Positions 39,208 through 47,844 of a stretch of 64,000 nucleotides of DNA are shown here, one piece after another (position 1 is the first letter of the stretch; every line of letters begins with the position of its first letter). This DNA is from Patescibacteria group bacterium. Lineage in GTDB: Bacteria > Patescibacteriota > Microgenomatia > UBA1400 > MFAQ01. The stretch covers positions 7,898-71,897 of the forward strand of contig CALRDV010000004.1 of assembly GCA_943355005.1 (NCBI GenBank), given 5' to 3'. The notes below the pieces were generated by a model. That model saw nothing but the letters and a program-made list of their open reading frames with translations, was not told the DNA's origin and ran no database searches. A program made the position numbers and the translations under genes.

Positions 39208-39498
39208 CTACTCGCTCATGCCACCAGATTCCATCGAATATTCTATTGAGCCCGCAAAATAATTATAACCAACGTTGCTCAATATCACATTCGCCTGATA
39301 AGGTCCAACTCCATTTCTAAACATGGTGGCGCTGAATGTATGACTAGCGGTACTTGAAACCGAATGTTTTGTTAAGACAGAAAGAAATACAAGCTCTGAG
39401 TCGTTGAGGGTCGCTTGAACCTGCTTCCCATGAAAGACCAGCTTAAGAAGTTCTACAGAACGAATGTTGATAATACCGTTTCCGGATAAGATTCCCAT
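39208..39498 (-). CDS. Hypothetical small protein (96 aa)
   Basis: ATG at 39498 is preceded by GGAGGT 4 nt upstream. The ORF track's TTG start at 39510 is unlikely. Confidence 0.4.
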   Translation of the reverse strand: MGILSGNGIINIRSVELLKLVFHGKQVQATLNDSELVFLSVLTKHSVSSTASHTFSATMFRNGVGPYQANVILSNVGYNYFAGSIEYSMESGGMSE

Positions 39499-39516
39499 GT
39501 GGACCTCCAATGAATT

Positions 39517-39843
39517 TTAATGTTCACTATCCCAATCGCTTCGATCATATTTATAGGTGATGGAACCTTGATACGTTGCACCATTATCTTGAGAATTTAG
39601 CGTTACAAATGCGTCTATGACATGTGAGTCATGAACGACTTGAGTTCTAAATTGGTGATTATTGCCGTCTTCGATACCTGAAATGCCAAATTTTCGATGA
39701 TCGGAAACTCCGTGAATCACTACACTGGATAGTCCGGACTGTAATGAGTCTCTAGCTTTTAGTTCAAGCGCGCCCAGTAACAGTAAAAATTCAGTAAATT
39801 GCTTTTTGGATATAGAAAAAGACAAGATGTATTTTTGCTCCAT
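39517..39843 (-). CDS. Hypothetical small protein (108 aa), first gene of a two-gene operon
   Basis: ORF ends with TAA at 39517-39519. The next gene has a GGAGGT SD. Confidence 0.4.
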   Translation of the reverse strand: MEQKYILSFSISKKQFTEFLLLLGALELKARDSLQSGLSSVVIHGVSDHRKFGISGIEDGNNHQFRTQVVHDSHVIDAFVTLNSQDNGATYQGSITYKYDRSDWDSEH

Positions 39844-39923
39844 TATTTTCTCCTTTATGTCAAAGAATGGCTTATTTTACATCACAGTAGTCTGATTTGA
39901 CTTTGCTCAAATGTTTCTATATT

Positions 39924-39939
39924 GTTAGACATGTCTAAC
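39924..39939. promoter_or_regulatory. Perfect 16-bp palindrome GTTAGACATGTCTAAC centred on the mntH ATG (candidate MntR/DtxR-type operator)
   Basis: The sequence is its own reverse complement. Its GTTAG/CTAAC half-sites resemble DtxR/IdeR iron-box half-sites. mntR is encoded directly downstream of mntH. Confidence 0.45.
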
Positions 39940-41220
39940 TTTATTAGAGATATCAATAATTCAGAAAAAATTAACAGCAAATGGTCCTGGTTCAGAAAGC
40001 TTCTAGCTTTCTCCGGACCGGGATATCTAGTGGCTGTGGGCTACATGGATCCCGGCAATTGGGCTACAGATTTGGCTGGTGGGTCGATGTTCGGCTACAA
40101 ACTTCTTAGTGTGATTTTGATTTCCAATATGATTGCCATACTTTTACAGCATTTGGCAGCCAAGCTGGGTATCGTGACAAAAAAAGATTTGGCTCAGGCA
40201 TGTAAGGACTTTTATCCCAAAAAATATCATCGTTTTCTGTGGATCTTGGCAGAAGTAGCAATAATAGCTTGTGACTTGGCCGAAGTTATCGGATCGGCCA
40301 TAGCCCTTAACTTATTATTCAAAATTCCAATCTTGTTCGGAGTACTTATTACTTCCATGGATGCGTTCCTACTTCTTTTTTTACAAAACAAGGGAATTAG
40401 ATATCTAGAGGCTCTAATTATTTCTTTAATTGCATTGATCGTCGGATGCTTTGCTGTCGAAATGATTCTTTCCCAGCCGTCTATTCATGCTATTCTTGGG
40501 GGATTAATACCAAGCTCGGATATTATTAAGGATTCATCGATGCTTTATATTGCCATAGGTATTCTTGGCGCTACCGTAATGCCTCACAACCTGTATTTAC
40601 ACTCATCTCTAGTACAAAGCAGAAAAATTGGAGGATCTCAAAAAGCAAAAACAGAAGCCGTGAAATTTGCTACTATAGACTCCACCTTGGCATTAATAAT
40701 TGCCTCCTTTGTAAATGGGGCGATACTCGTTCTCTCGGCGTCTGTATTTCACAAAAACGGTATGAACGAAGTGGCAGAAATTCAAGAGGCGTACAAACTA
40801 CTCTCCCCTATTCTGGGAACATCTTTAGCAGGAACACTTTTTGCCGTTGCACTTTTAGCTTCGGGACACAACTCTACTGTGACCGGTACGATGGCGGGCC
40901 AGATAGTGATGGAAGGCTTTATGAACTTTAAATTAAAACCCTGGCAAAGGCGCTTGCTTACCAGGTCACTTGCCATTCTCCCGGCCATACTAGTGATATT
41001 AATCATGGGAGAACAATATCTAGGGAAATTGCTTGTTTTAAGTCAAGTAATTTTGAGCTTGCAGTTACCATTTGCTGTAATTCCGCTGGTTCAGTTTACT
41101 TCGAACAAAAAAATTATGAAGGGCTTCGTAAATTCCAATGTCATCAAAGCATTAGCCGGATTCGCTGCAATTACAATTACCGGGCTGAATATATGGATGC
41201 TTTACTCGATCGTGGCATGA
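39931..41220 (+). CDS. mntH: NRAMP-family divalent metal (Mn2+/Fe2+) transporter
   Basis: NRAMP signature GPGYLVAVGYMDPGNWATDLAGGS with about 11 TM segments. The ATG at 39931 is preferred over the ORF-track TTG at 39922. It ends with TGA. Confidence 0.85.
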   Translation: MSNFIRDINNSEKINSKWSWFRKLLAFSGPGYLVAVGYMDPGNWATDLAGGSMFGYKLLSVILISNMIAILLQHLAAKLGIVTKKDLAQACKDFYPKKYHRFLWILAEVAIIACDLAEVIGSAIALNLLFKIPILFGVLITSMDAFLLLFLQNKGIRYLEALIISLIALIVGCFAVEMILSQPSIHAILGGLIPSSDIIKDSSMLYIAIGILGATVMPHNLYLHSSLVQSRKIGGSQKAKTEAVKFATIDSTLALIIASFVNGAILVLSASVFHKNGMNEVAEIQEAYKLLSPILGTSLAGTLFAVALLASGHNSTVTGTMAGQIVMEGFMNFKLKPWQRRLLTRSLAILPAILVILIMGEQYLGKLLVLSQVILSLQLPFAVIPLVQFTSNKKIMKGFVNSNVIKALAGFAAITITGLNIWMLYSIVA

Positions 41221-41236
41221 CATATAATGCTAACAA

Positions 41237-41611
41237 ATGAAGAAGTCACTCTCAGAACCAAATGAGGATTATCTGGAAAGAATTTGTGAACTTTTGGATA
41301 CAAAAAGCTATGCAAGAGTGTCCGATATCGCGGAAGAGCTAAAGGTAAAGCCGGCTTCGGTCACCTCTATGCTTCAAAAACTGGAAAACGATGGATATGT
41401 CATCCGGGAAGCTTACCGAGGTTTCTCAATGACCACTAAAGGTATCGAGATTGGTAAGAAAATCCAAAAAAGGCATGAGGTCCTAAATCGATTCTTAAGA
41501 TTTTTGAAAGTTGATGAATCTGTAATTGCCGGAGACATCGATGGTCTGGAGCATCACTTAAGTGACCAAACTCTGAAAAAGCTAGAAGAGTTCCTAGAAC
41601 AAAGCAAATAA
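41237..41611 (+). CDS. mntR: DtxR/MntR-family metal-dependent transcriptional repressor
   Basis: N-terminal wHTH (EDYLERICELL...RVSDIAEELKVKPASVTSMLQKLENDGYV) followed by a dimerisation/metal domain. 124 aa. Confidence 0.75.
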   Translation: MKKSLSEPNEDYLERICELLDTKSYARVSDIAEELKVKPASVTSMLQKLENDGYVIREAYRGFSMTTKGIEIGKKIQKRHEVLNRFLRFLKVDESVIAGDIDGLEHHLSDQTLKKLEEFLEQSK

Positions 41612-41629
41612 GGGTAAAATAGAGGTATT

Positions 41630-41702
41630 GCCGGGGTAGCTCAGCTGGTAGAGCGGCGGTATCGTAAACCGCAGGTAGTGGGTCCGAGTCCCACCCCCGG
41701 CT
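41630..41702 (+). tRNA. tRNA-Thr (anticodon CGT)
   Basis: Acceptor GCCGGGG pairs with CCCCGGC, the anticodon loop is ATCGTAA, the T-loop is TCCGAGT, and the discriminator is T. Confidence 0.8.
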
Positions 41703-41705
41703 CTA

Positions 41706-41735
41706 AAATATTATTTTTCCCTTGCGGAAAAATAA
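41706..41735 (+). terminator. Rho-independent terminator after tRNA-Thr
   Basis: ATTATTTTTCC pairs with GGAAAAATAAT across a CTTGC loop, followed by T-rich sequence. Confidence 0.55.
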
Positions 41736-41752
41736 TAATTTTGACAATTTGG

Positions 41753-41831
41753 GTGGGACGAGGAATGCCGGAGCCGAACCCGTAACGGTTTCGGCGAGGC
41801 CGGTCTCGAACAAAAGTGAGGGGAGTCCCAC
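41753..41831 (+). ncRNA. Candidate structured RNA element, copy B (possible cis-regulatory leader of HD gene)
   Basis: Closing stem GTGGGAC/GTCCCAC. The core ATGCCGGAGCCGAACCCGTAACGGTTTCGGCGAGG forms a 9-bp hairpin with loop GTAAC. The element ends 45 nt before the HD-gene ATG. Confidence 0.3.
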
Positions 41832-41875
41832 AAATTAAGGGTAGGGTCCCAAAAATAGTTAGAGTAAAATTAACC

Positions 41876-42538
41876 ATGGATGATTTGAATAAGACACAAA
41901 TAATTGCAAATACAGAGGAGTTTGTTAAGGGAAAGTTACTTGGTGAAGGGTCTGGCCATGATTGGTGGCATATTAAGAGAGTCTGGGATTTGGCAAAAAA
42001 TATATCTAAAAATGAAAATACTGATATATTTGTAGTGGAATTAGGCGCGTTACTTCATGACATAGCCGATTGGAAATTTAACGATGGTGATGAATCAATT
42101 GGTCCCAGATTGGCAGAAGAATGGCTTATAAGTCAAGGAGTTGATGGGAGAATTATTCAAACTGTCAAAGAGGCTATTGAGGACGTGTCGTTTAAAGGTG
42201 CTGGTGTTACAAAGAAGAATAGATCAAAAGAGGGTGAAGTTATACAAGACGCAGACAGACTAGATGCGATAGGGGCAATTGGAATTGCAAGATGTTTTGC
42301 GTATGGTGGTTTTAAGGGTAGAGAAATATACAACCCTGATATTAAACCTGTGTTAGATCAAACCTCGGAAGAATATAAGAAAAACTCTGCACCATCGCTT
42401 AATCACTTTTATGAAAAATTACTTTTACTAAAGAATCTGATGAATACGGAAACCGGTAAACGGATTGCCAATGATCGACATAAGTTTATGGAAATTTATC
42501 TTCAAGAATTTTTTTCTGAATGGGACGGAAAAAGGTAA
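41876..42538 (+). CDS. HD-domain phosphohydrolase (YfbR/YedJ-like)
   Basis: GHDWWHIKRV ... LLHDIAD ... DADRLDAIG carries the HD motif. Start at the ATG at 41876 (MDDLNKTQ). Confidence 0.7.
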   Translation: MDDLNKTQIIANTEEFVKGKLLGEGSGHDWWHIKRVWDLAKNISKNENTDIFVVELGALLHDIADWKFNDGDESIGPRLAEEWLISQGVDGRIIQTVKEAIEDVSFKGAGVTKKNRSKEGEVIQDADRLDAIGAIGIARCFAYGGFKGREIYNPDIKPVLDQTSEEYKKNSAPSLNHFYEKLLLLKNLMNTETGKRIANDRHKFMEIYLQEFFSEWDGKR

Positions 42539-42575
42539 TTTAAGTGCAATTAAAGCCCAAGGAGTAAAATTAACC

Positions 42576-42992
42576 ATGATTGATTTAAAGAAGAAAATTG
42601 AAAAAGACATGAGGTCTGTAGAAAAGCAGATCAAACAGGCGGCGACCGAACGTGATGAAAGTGCTACACCAACTGAATCTACTCATGATCAAACCCGCCA
42701 GATTGCGAATCAGCTTTATAATTCCTTACTGGAGGAGAGGAAAAAACTGGGAGAAATTTTGGGCCTGGCCGGTAATTACAACACCGTAGTAAGAATCGGA
42801 AATCTAACCACCGGAACTACTCAAAAATATTTCGTTGTACCGAATGGTCTGGGAGGGACATCCGAAGGAGATATTATTCTACTGAGTGAGAAGACACCTT
42901 TAGCCAAAACGATCTCGGGCAGGAAGCCTGGGTCAGAGTTTGAACTGAATGGGCAAAAACTAAGGATAGAGAAGATTGAGGAGAATAAATAA
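42576..42992 (+). CDS. GreA/GreB-family transcription elongation factor-like protein
   Basis: N-terminal coiled-coil, then a C-terminal FKBP-like segment VVRIGNLTTGTTQKYFVVPNGLGGTSEGDIILLSEKTPLAKTISGRKPGSEFELNG. 138 aa. Confidence 0.55.
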   Translation: MIDLKKKIEKDMRSVEKQIKQAATERDESATPTESTHDQTRQIANQLYNSLLEERKKLGEILGLAGNYNTVVRIGNLTTGTTQKYFVVPNGLGGTSEGDIILLSEKTPLAKTISGRKPGSEFELNGQKLRIEKIEENK

Positions 42993-43028
42993 TTTCCGGA
43001 TGGATTCCGGGTCAAGTCCAGAATACGA

Positions 43029-43796
43029 TTACTTTTTTAGACTTAGCGCTTTTGCCAGTTGGACAGATCTCTGTTTGTAAGCACAGTATTCACACTCGTG
43101 TGCCGGTGCAGGGATAGTGTCTGAATTTAAGAGCTCTCTTATTTCCAATAAAGTCAGCTCTATCCAATCAGGATTACCTTCATAAGGAAGAATAGACATC
43201 TCGAATTCTAGTTTTCCGTCGAACTTAGGTAAATTTTTCTTGGCGTTGGCAAAAACAAAATAACCTGTTTTAGAAACCGCAAAGCCAAGTTTGCGGAAAA
43301 TCCATTGGTAAATCTCTATTTGGCGTTTATAAGACTGCTTCCACTCATCGTCCAATGAAGGTGTTTTTGCCGAAGCAGTGGATTTGTAATCAACCATCAC
43401 CAGATTTTCTTTACTGTCTTGCCAAATATCATCCACCAAACCATTGATCATTAGATTTGATTTTTCATCCAAAACTAAAGCTCCAACGTAGGCTGTCACT
43501 TCTCCGCGCCACTTTGGCAAATCCGGGTGACTAAAAGGAATCGCGTCAATGGCATACTTTTCTATTAGCTCGTGCTTCTCGCCATTTTTACGCAATAAAT
43601 CGAATTCATTTTTAAGAAGATTATCGACCGCGGAATTTAGTGTGTAGGGCGGTGTAGAGGGCCTGGAAAGACCAAGGCGAACATCCATGTAGAAACATCG
43701 AGGACACTGCGTATAAAGCTCGATTTTGGAGCGACTGATTTGAAAAGGCTCTTTGGATTTGGGGTCGAACTTACCTCTAGTTTTCTGATAGTACAT
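43029..43796 (-). CDS. PD-(D/E)xK nuclease, Cas4/RecB-like with Fe-S Cys cluster
   Basis: N-terminal CPRC. The core motif is ...VMVDYKS (D-x-K). C-terminal CEYCAY gives the 4-Cys arrangement of Cas4/AddB nucleases. Confidence 0.65.
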   Translation of the reverse strand: MYYQKTRGKFDPKSKEPFQISRSKIELYTQCPRCFYMDVRLGLSRPSTPPYTLNSAVDNLLKNEFDLLRKNGEKHELIEKYAIDAIPFSHPDLPKWRGEVTAYVGALVLDEKSNLMINGLVDDIWQDSKENLVMVDYKSTASAKTPSLDDEWKQSYKRQIEIYQWIFRKLGFAVSKTGYFVFANAKKNLPKFDGKLEFEMSILPYEGNPDWIELTLLEIRELLNSDTIPAPAHECEYCAYKQRSVQLAKALSLKK

Positions 43797-43863
43797 GGTG
43801 CCATGTTAGCACATTGATGGAGGGGGATCCCTCGACTTCGCTCAGATAGACCGCTATAATCAT

Positions 43864-45291
43864 ATGTTGATAAATCAAGAAAAATATATGAATAAACTTA
43901 CTAAAATCGTCGCAACCTTGGGCCCCACCAGCGATTCGGAGGAAAAAATTGAAAAATTAATCGAAGCAGGAGTAAATGTTTTCCGATTTAATACTAAGCA
44001 CGGTACTTCGCAATGGCACCAGGAGAGAATCTCCAGAGTCCAGAAAATTGCCGACAAAATGAAGGTGAATGTGGGAGTTCTTCTTGATTTACAAGGACCC
44101 GAAATCAGACTGGAAACTTTTGACAAGCTACCATTTGCGATTAAGAAAGATCAGATTGTTAGATTTACACCTTCCTTTACCGATGGTGGAAATAGTATTT
44201 GTATTCCCCATGAACTGGTTTTCGAATCTCTCTCGCCAAATGACCAAATACTTATTGATGATGGAGCCGTAGAACTTATCGTAGAGAAAGCCAGTAATGA
44301 TTTGATAGAAGCCAGAGTTCTGGAAGATGGTGAGATTGGTCATCGTAAAGGAGTAAACCTTCCCGGAGTAGAGATACCACTCCCCTCTTTGATTCAGGAA
44401 GATTTGATGAAGCTAGACATGGCGGCAAATAATAAAGTGGATTTTGTGGCTTTGTCATTTAGTAGGACCAGAAAAGATATCGATATTCTCAGACTGGAGA
44501 TGACCAAGAGGAATTTTAATGCCATGATTGTAGCCAAAATAGAAAGCCAGCAAGCGCTGACTAATATCGACGAGCTGATTGCAGCTGCCGATGTAATTAT
44601 GGTGGCCAGAGGAGACCTGGGAACCGAAGTGCCAATTGAGCAGCTTGCTTACTGGCAAAAAATAATTATTTCCAAATGTCGTGCAGCCAACAAGCCTGTA
44701 ATTACAGCGACTCAAATGCTCCAGTCTATGACAACCAATCCGAGACCAACGAGAGCCGAAGCGACCGATGTAGCGAATGCGGTACTAGATGGAACAGATG
44801 CCGTAATGCTATCGGGTGAAACCGCCAGCGGTAAATATCCGGTAAAAGCTGTTCAAGCCATGGCAAGAATTGCAGTTTTCAACGAAAAGACTAATACTTT
44901 TCCTGATTTTAAGGTAGAGCCTTCCAGCCAAACAGATATTATTGTGAATGCCACCAAGGAGCTTTTAAGTCAGAAATTTGTAGAAATTAAACTTATCTTG
45001 GTGTTTACCAGTACAGGAAGGACCGCCAGATCCATATCTAGATTAAGACCCAACGTGCCAATTATTTCGGTAACGGCTGACCAAAAGGTGGTGGAAGAGC
45101 TTACAATCTCCTACGGAATTGAAGGATTTAAGTCGCTACTTAGAGAGGGAGACTTTACCCTGCCAAACAAAACGACTGATGATTTGGTCGCCTCCGGCAG
45201 GATTAAGGTAGGTGACACCATCATTGTGGTCCACGGTCAAAACTTCTACAAAGAAGGTTCGACAAACGCCGTGGCTCTGCTCAAGATTTAG
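43864..45291 (+). CDS. pyk: Pyruvate kinase
   Basis: KIVATLGPTSDS N-terminus with the K+/Mg2+ site motifs. -10 TATAAT at 43853-43858. The alternative ATG at 43888 (MNKLTKIV) is perhaps the true start. Confidence 0.85.
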   Translation: MLINQEKYMNKLTKIVATLGPTSDSEEKIEKLIEAGVNVFRFNTKHGTSQWHQERISRVQKIADKMKVNVGVLLDLQGPEIRLETFDKLPFAIKKDQIVRFTPSFTDGGNSICIPHELVFESLSPNDQILIDDGAVELIVEKASNDLIEARVLEDGEIGHRKGVNLPGVEIPLPSLIQEDLMKLDMAANNKVDFVALSFSRTRKDIDILRLEMTKRNFNAMIVAKIESQQALTNIDELIAAADVIMVARGDLGTEVPIEQLAYWQKIIISKCRAANKPVITATQMLQSMTTNPRPTRAEATDVANAVLDGTDAVMLSGETASGKYPVKAVQAMARIAVFNEKTNTFPDFKVEPSSQTDIIVNATKELLSQKFVEIKLILVFTSTGRTARSISRLRPNVPIISVTADQKVVEELTISYGIEGFKSLLREGDFTLPNKTTDDLVASGRIKVGDTIIVVHGQNFYKEGSTNAVALLKI

Positions 45292-45385
45292 CCATTTGCC
45301 ATATTTCATACAGATTGGTTGACAGTATAGCCTCAAAGATGTAGTATATGGGTTATCTGATTTCAGTTCTTTGAGAGGAGCAATA

Positions 45386-45763
45386 ATGATGAATCTTTCA
45401 TCTTCCAGTTTGATGGTCAACAGCGAATTAACGCTGGAGACTATCCGAAAATTTGAGTTGGAATGGGGTGAACTAAGAAAGTATTTTTATCGGGGTTTGT
45501 ATTGCAATTCGTTTCTTCCTCTTAACTATTTGAAGGAAATGGTGAACCTTGGACTTCCGGTAGCAAAAGATTGTTATAAATATTACGTATTGGTGTCCTT
45601 GTCCGGCGCACTCTATGATTCGAATACAGACGCGCCTAATAATGTATTCTTTAAGTTAACAATTTTCAAGATTTTGCACCACATTTATCCAGGTATCTCC
45701 AAAGAAGAAAGAAATGCAAAGTTTATCAACCTTTTAAGCTTAATTATGATGCTGAAAGTTTAA
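45386..45763 (+). CDS. Hypothetical protein (~126 aa)
   Basis: GAGAGGAG SD precedes the ATG. A terminator hairpin (GCTCCC..GGGAGC plus T6) lies at 45768-45795. Confidence 0.35.
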   Translation: MMNLSSSSLMVNSELTLETIRKFELEWGELRKYFYRGLYCNSFLPLNYLKEMVNLGLPVAKDCYKYYVLVSLSGALYDSNTDAPNNVFFKLTIFKILHHIYPGISKEERNAKFINLLSLIMMLKV

Positions 45764-45794
45764 AATGACGTCAGGCTCCCTATCGGGAGCTTTT

Positions 45795-46904
45795 TTATGG
45801 CTCGAGGAGGTCTAGGCCTTTGACGGAAGGGAGTGACTGGCCGGCGACACCCTGAATACTGCCATAGATACCGGCGGTACTCATGATGATTCGCTCTGCT
45901 TGAGCTTCTCTCTCTTTCCAAATCTTTTCGAAGGCAGCTCGCTCTTTGGAAATCTGGAGTTGCATATTTTGATGCACCTCGATAATACTTTGGATTTGCT
46001 GAACAAAGGCGTCACTTGTGAGATAGGTATAAATCATATCGGCTTTGGTTCCCCTATCCTGGCCATTATGCTTTTCTCTGGCAATATCAATCAAATTCTT
46101 TCGAAGAATTTCAGCCAAGGGCTGAACATACTTTGGCTCGGCTACCCAGACTCCTTGGAAAAAACCAAAGCCGGATTTCACTTCTTTGGGCAAGACAGTC
46201 GTGATGATGACCGGGATGTTCGCTTTGGAAGCACGCAAATCATCTTTTAGTTTGACTGCCCAATCATCTACCCAGGCTTTGGTACGTTTTGATTCCCACA
46301 AAATTACACCACAGGTAGTGCCAAGATTGGTACGGACCACTTGGCTGATATCTGCACCCCTCACACCTTTACCCACGGGATTAATTTCGTCATGAGGAAA
46401 GGCGGTGTGTAGATATTCTTCCAGATCCAGCTCTTGTACCTCTCCTTGGAGCTGTTGGGAACCTTGATTGGCTTTTAACTGGGCATCTTCTAGAGATTTT
46501 TTGAGATCGTTAATCATTTTCTCTTTCTCCAAATCTTTCAGCCGGTGAGCATCACTGGCTTCCAATAAAGTTTGTTGACGGATTTTGTCCCTCTCCTGAT
46601 CAAGTTGCTTTTGCTTTTCCAGCTCAAAATTTTTCTTTTCATCTTCCAGTTTCAGTTTCTCCTGATGCATTTTTAATGCTTCGGCTCTAGCTTCAGATAA
46701 TTTTTGGTCTTTAAATTTTAGTTCTTCTTCTATTAATTTAGTTTTATCCGCCAATTGAACTCGAACTTTTTCTTCAGATTCTTTTTCGAATTTTATCTTT
46801 AATTCTTCTCTATCTTTCTCGAGCTGCTCCTTATTAGACTGGCTCATGGCATCCGAGATTTCGAACTCTTCTCCGCATTTGGGGCATTTTATTTGATTGG
46901 GCAT
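45795..46904 (-). CDS. DUF2130-like protein: N-terminal Zn-ribbon, long coiled-coil, C-terminal restriction-endonuclease-like domain
   Basis: MPNQIKCPKCGEEF (CxxC). About 150 aa of E/K-rich heptads. The C-terminal domain contains GADISQVV ... ILWESKR. True start at 46904. Confidence 0.5.
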   Translation of the reverse strand: MPNQIKCPKCGEEFEISDAMSQSNKEQLEKDREELKIKFEKESEEKVRVQLADKTKLIEEELKFKDQKLSEARAEALKMHQEKLKLEDEKKNFELEKQKQLDQERDKIRQQTLLEASDAHRLKDLEKEKMINDLKKSLEDAQLKANQGSQQLQGEVQELDLEEYLHTAFPHDEINPVGKGVRGADISQVVRTNLGTTCGVILWESKRTKAWVDDWAVKLKDDLRASKANIPVIITTVLPKEVKSGFGFFQGVWVAEPKYVQPLAEILRKNLIDIAREKHNGQDRGTKADMIYTYLTSDAFVQQIQSIIEVHQNMQLQISKERAAFEKIWKEREAQAERIIMSTAGIYGSIQGVAGQSLPSVKGLDLLEP

Positions 46905-46961
46905 TTTATTATTATATTCGGTATTTGTTAGGGTTTGCAAGAGCAGTGTTAGAATACGAGC

Positions 46962-47429
46962 ATGACAAGCTTTAGTGAAAGAGCAGCAAGAGTATATGGG
47001 ACGGGAGAGAAAAAACCGGAGCAAAATGTGTCCTGGATTCCAAAAAAGGCAACTGGGGGTCCTCTAGCTCAGTTTAAGAAAGAGCATCTGGACGAAAACT
47101 ACCTAAGCCAAGTCCGAGCAGAGGAAATCCTAACTAGCCAACACAAGCCTGGAGAAATCTTTGAGATGGTGAAGGAAATGCTGGAAATTATTTGTCACAC
47201 AGATGAGATAGATACCCAGCTAGCCAACTTTCACGAATCCTATGGAAAGTTTTATGAAAAATATGAAGGTTTACTTGTCCAAGCGATAGAAGAGTTTATT
47301 GAGGATAAAATCAACTTCCTGGTCTATTCGGGCCATATCGATAAAGAAATCCTAAAAGGAAAGATAAAGGAAATTGAGCAAAGGAAGAGACGGGAAAAAA
47401 GAGAGCATAGAGAAGCGGCAAATCAATAG
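46962..47429 (+). CDS. Hypothetical protein (155 aa)
   Basis: ORF divergent from the DUF2130 gene; no motif. Confidence 0.35.
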   Translation: MTSFSERAARVYGTGEKKPEQNVSWIPKKATGGPLAQFKKEHLDENYLSQVRAEEILTSQHKPGEIFEMVKEMLEIICHTDEIDTQLANFHESYGKFYEKYEGLLVQAIEEFIEDKINFLVYSGHIDKEILKGKIKEIEQRKRREKREHREAANQ

Positions 47430-47728
47430 CCTCGCATCTTCTCGATGTATTTTTTGACTTGTCTTTTGGCTTGATTCCTGACACGAACAACACCGTCCAT
47501 GAGAACCTTGTGGGTATCTTTGATGTTTATGGGAGAACCTGGTAAATTCATGTCGAACTTAATCTCGTAGCCGGAGCGGGTAACCTTTTCAATAGAGAGC
47601 GAGGCAATCTTTAGATCTTCTTGGTAGTTTTTTAAGAGCTTGCCTAACCCTTGGTCGAATTTTGTTTTTATCCTTTGTCGAAATCTTTCGCTGAGTGATA
47701 ACTTTTGGGGATTGAAAACTATGTTCAT
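47423..47728 (-). CDS. Ribosome hibernation factor (HPF/RaiA short form)-like protein
   Basis: The 101-aa protein MNIVFNPQKLSLSERFRQRIKTKFDQGLGKL... follows the HPF beta-alpha-beta pattern. The upstream part of the ORF-track frame is repeat-derived. Confidence 0.4.
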   Translation of the reverse strand: MNIVFNPQKLSLSERFRQRIKTKFDQGLGKLLKNYQEDLKIASLSIEKVTRSGYEIKFDMNLPGSPINIKDTHKVLMDGVVRVRNQAKRQVKKYIEKMRGY

Positions 47729-47844
47729 AGTATTGATTGTAATACAACAGATGAATCCCCGCTTTCGCAAGGAAGACGGTGGAGTGAGATTGCCGCGGAG
47801 TACCTCGCAATGACGAAGAGTGAAATATATTTTATAATGAAATA

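Noticed and set aside
39511-39519. Possible stop-codon recoding joining the 108-aa and 100-aa ORFs, which share a frame
   Set aside because: A strong GGAGGT SD and an ATG at 39498 sit just after the TAA, so two separate genes is the simpler reading. TGA, TAA and TAG all serve as stops elsewhere in the window.
41641-41877. 78-aa minus-strand ORF
   Set aside because: It overlaps tRNA-Thr, its terminator and structured element B.
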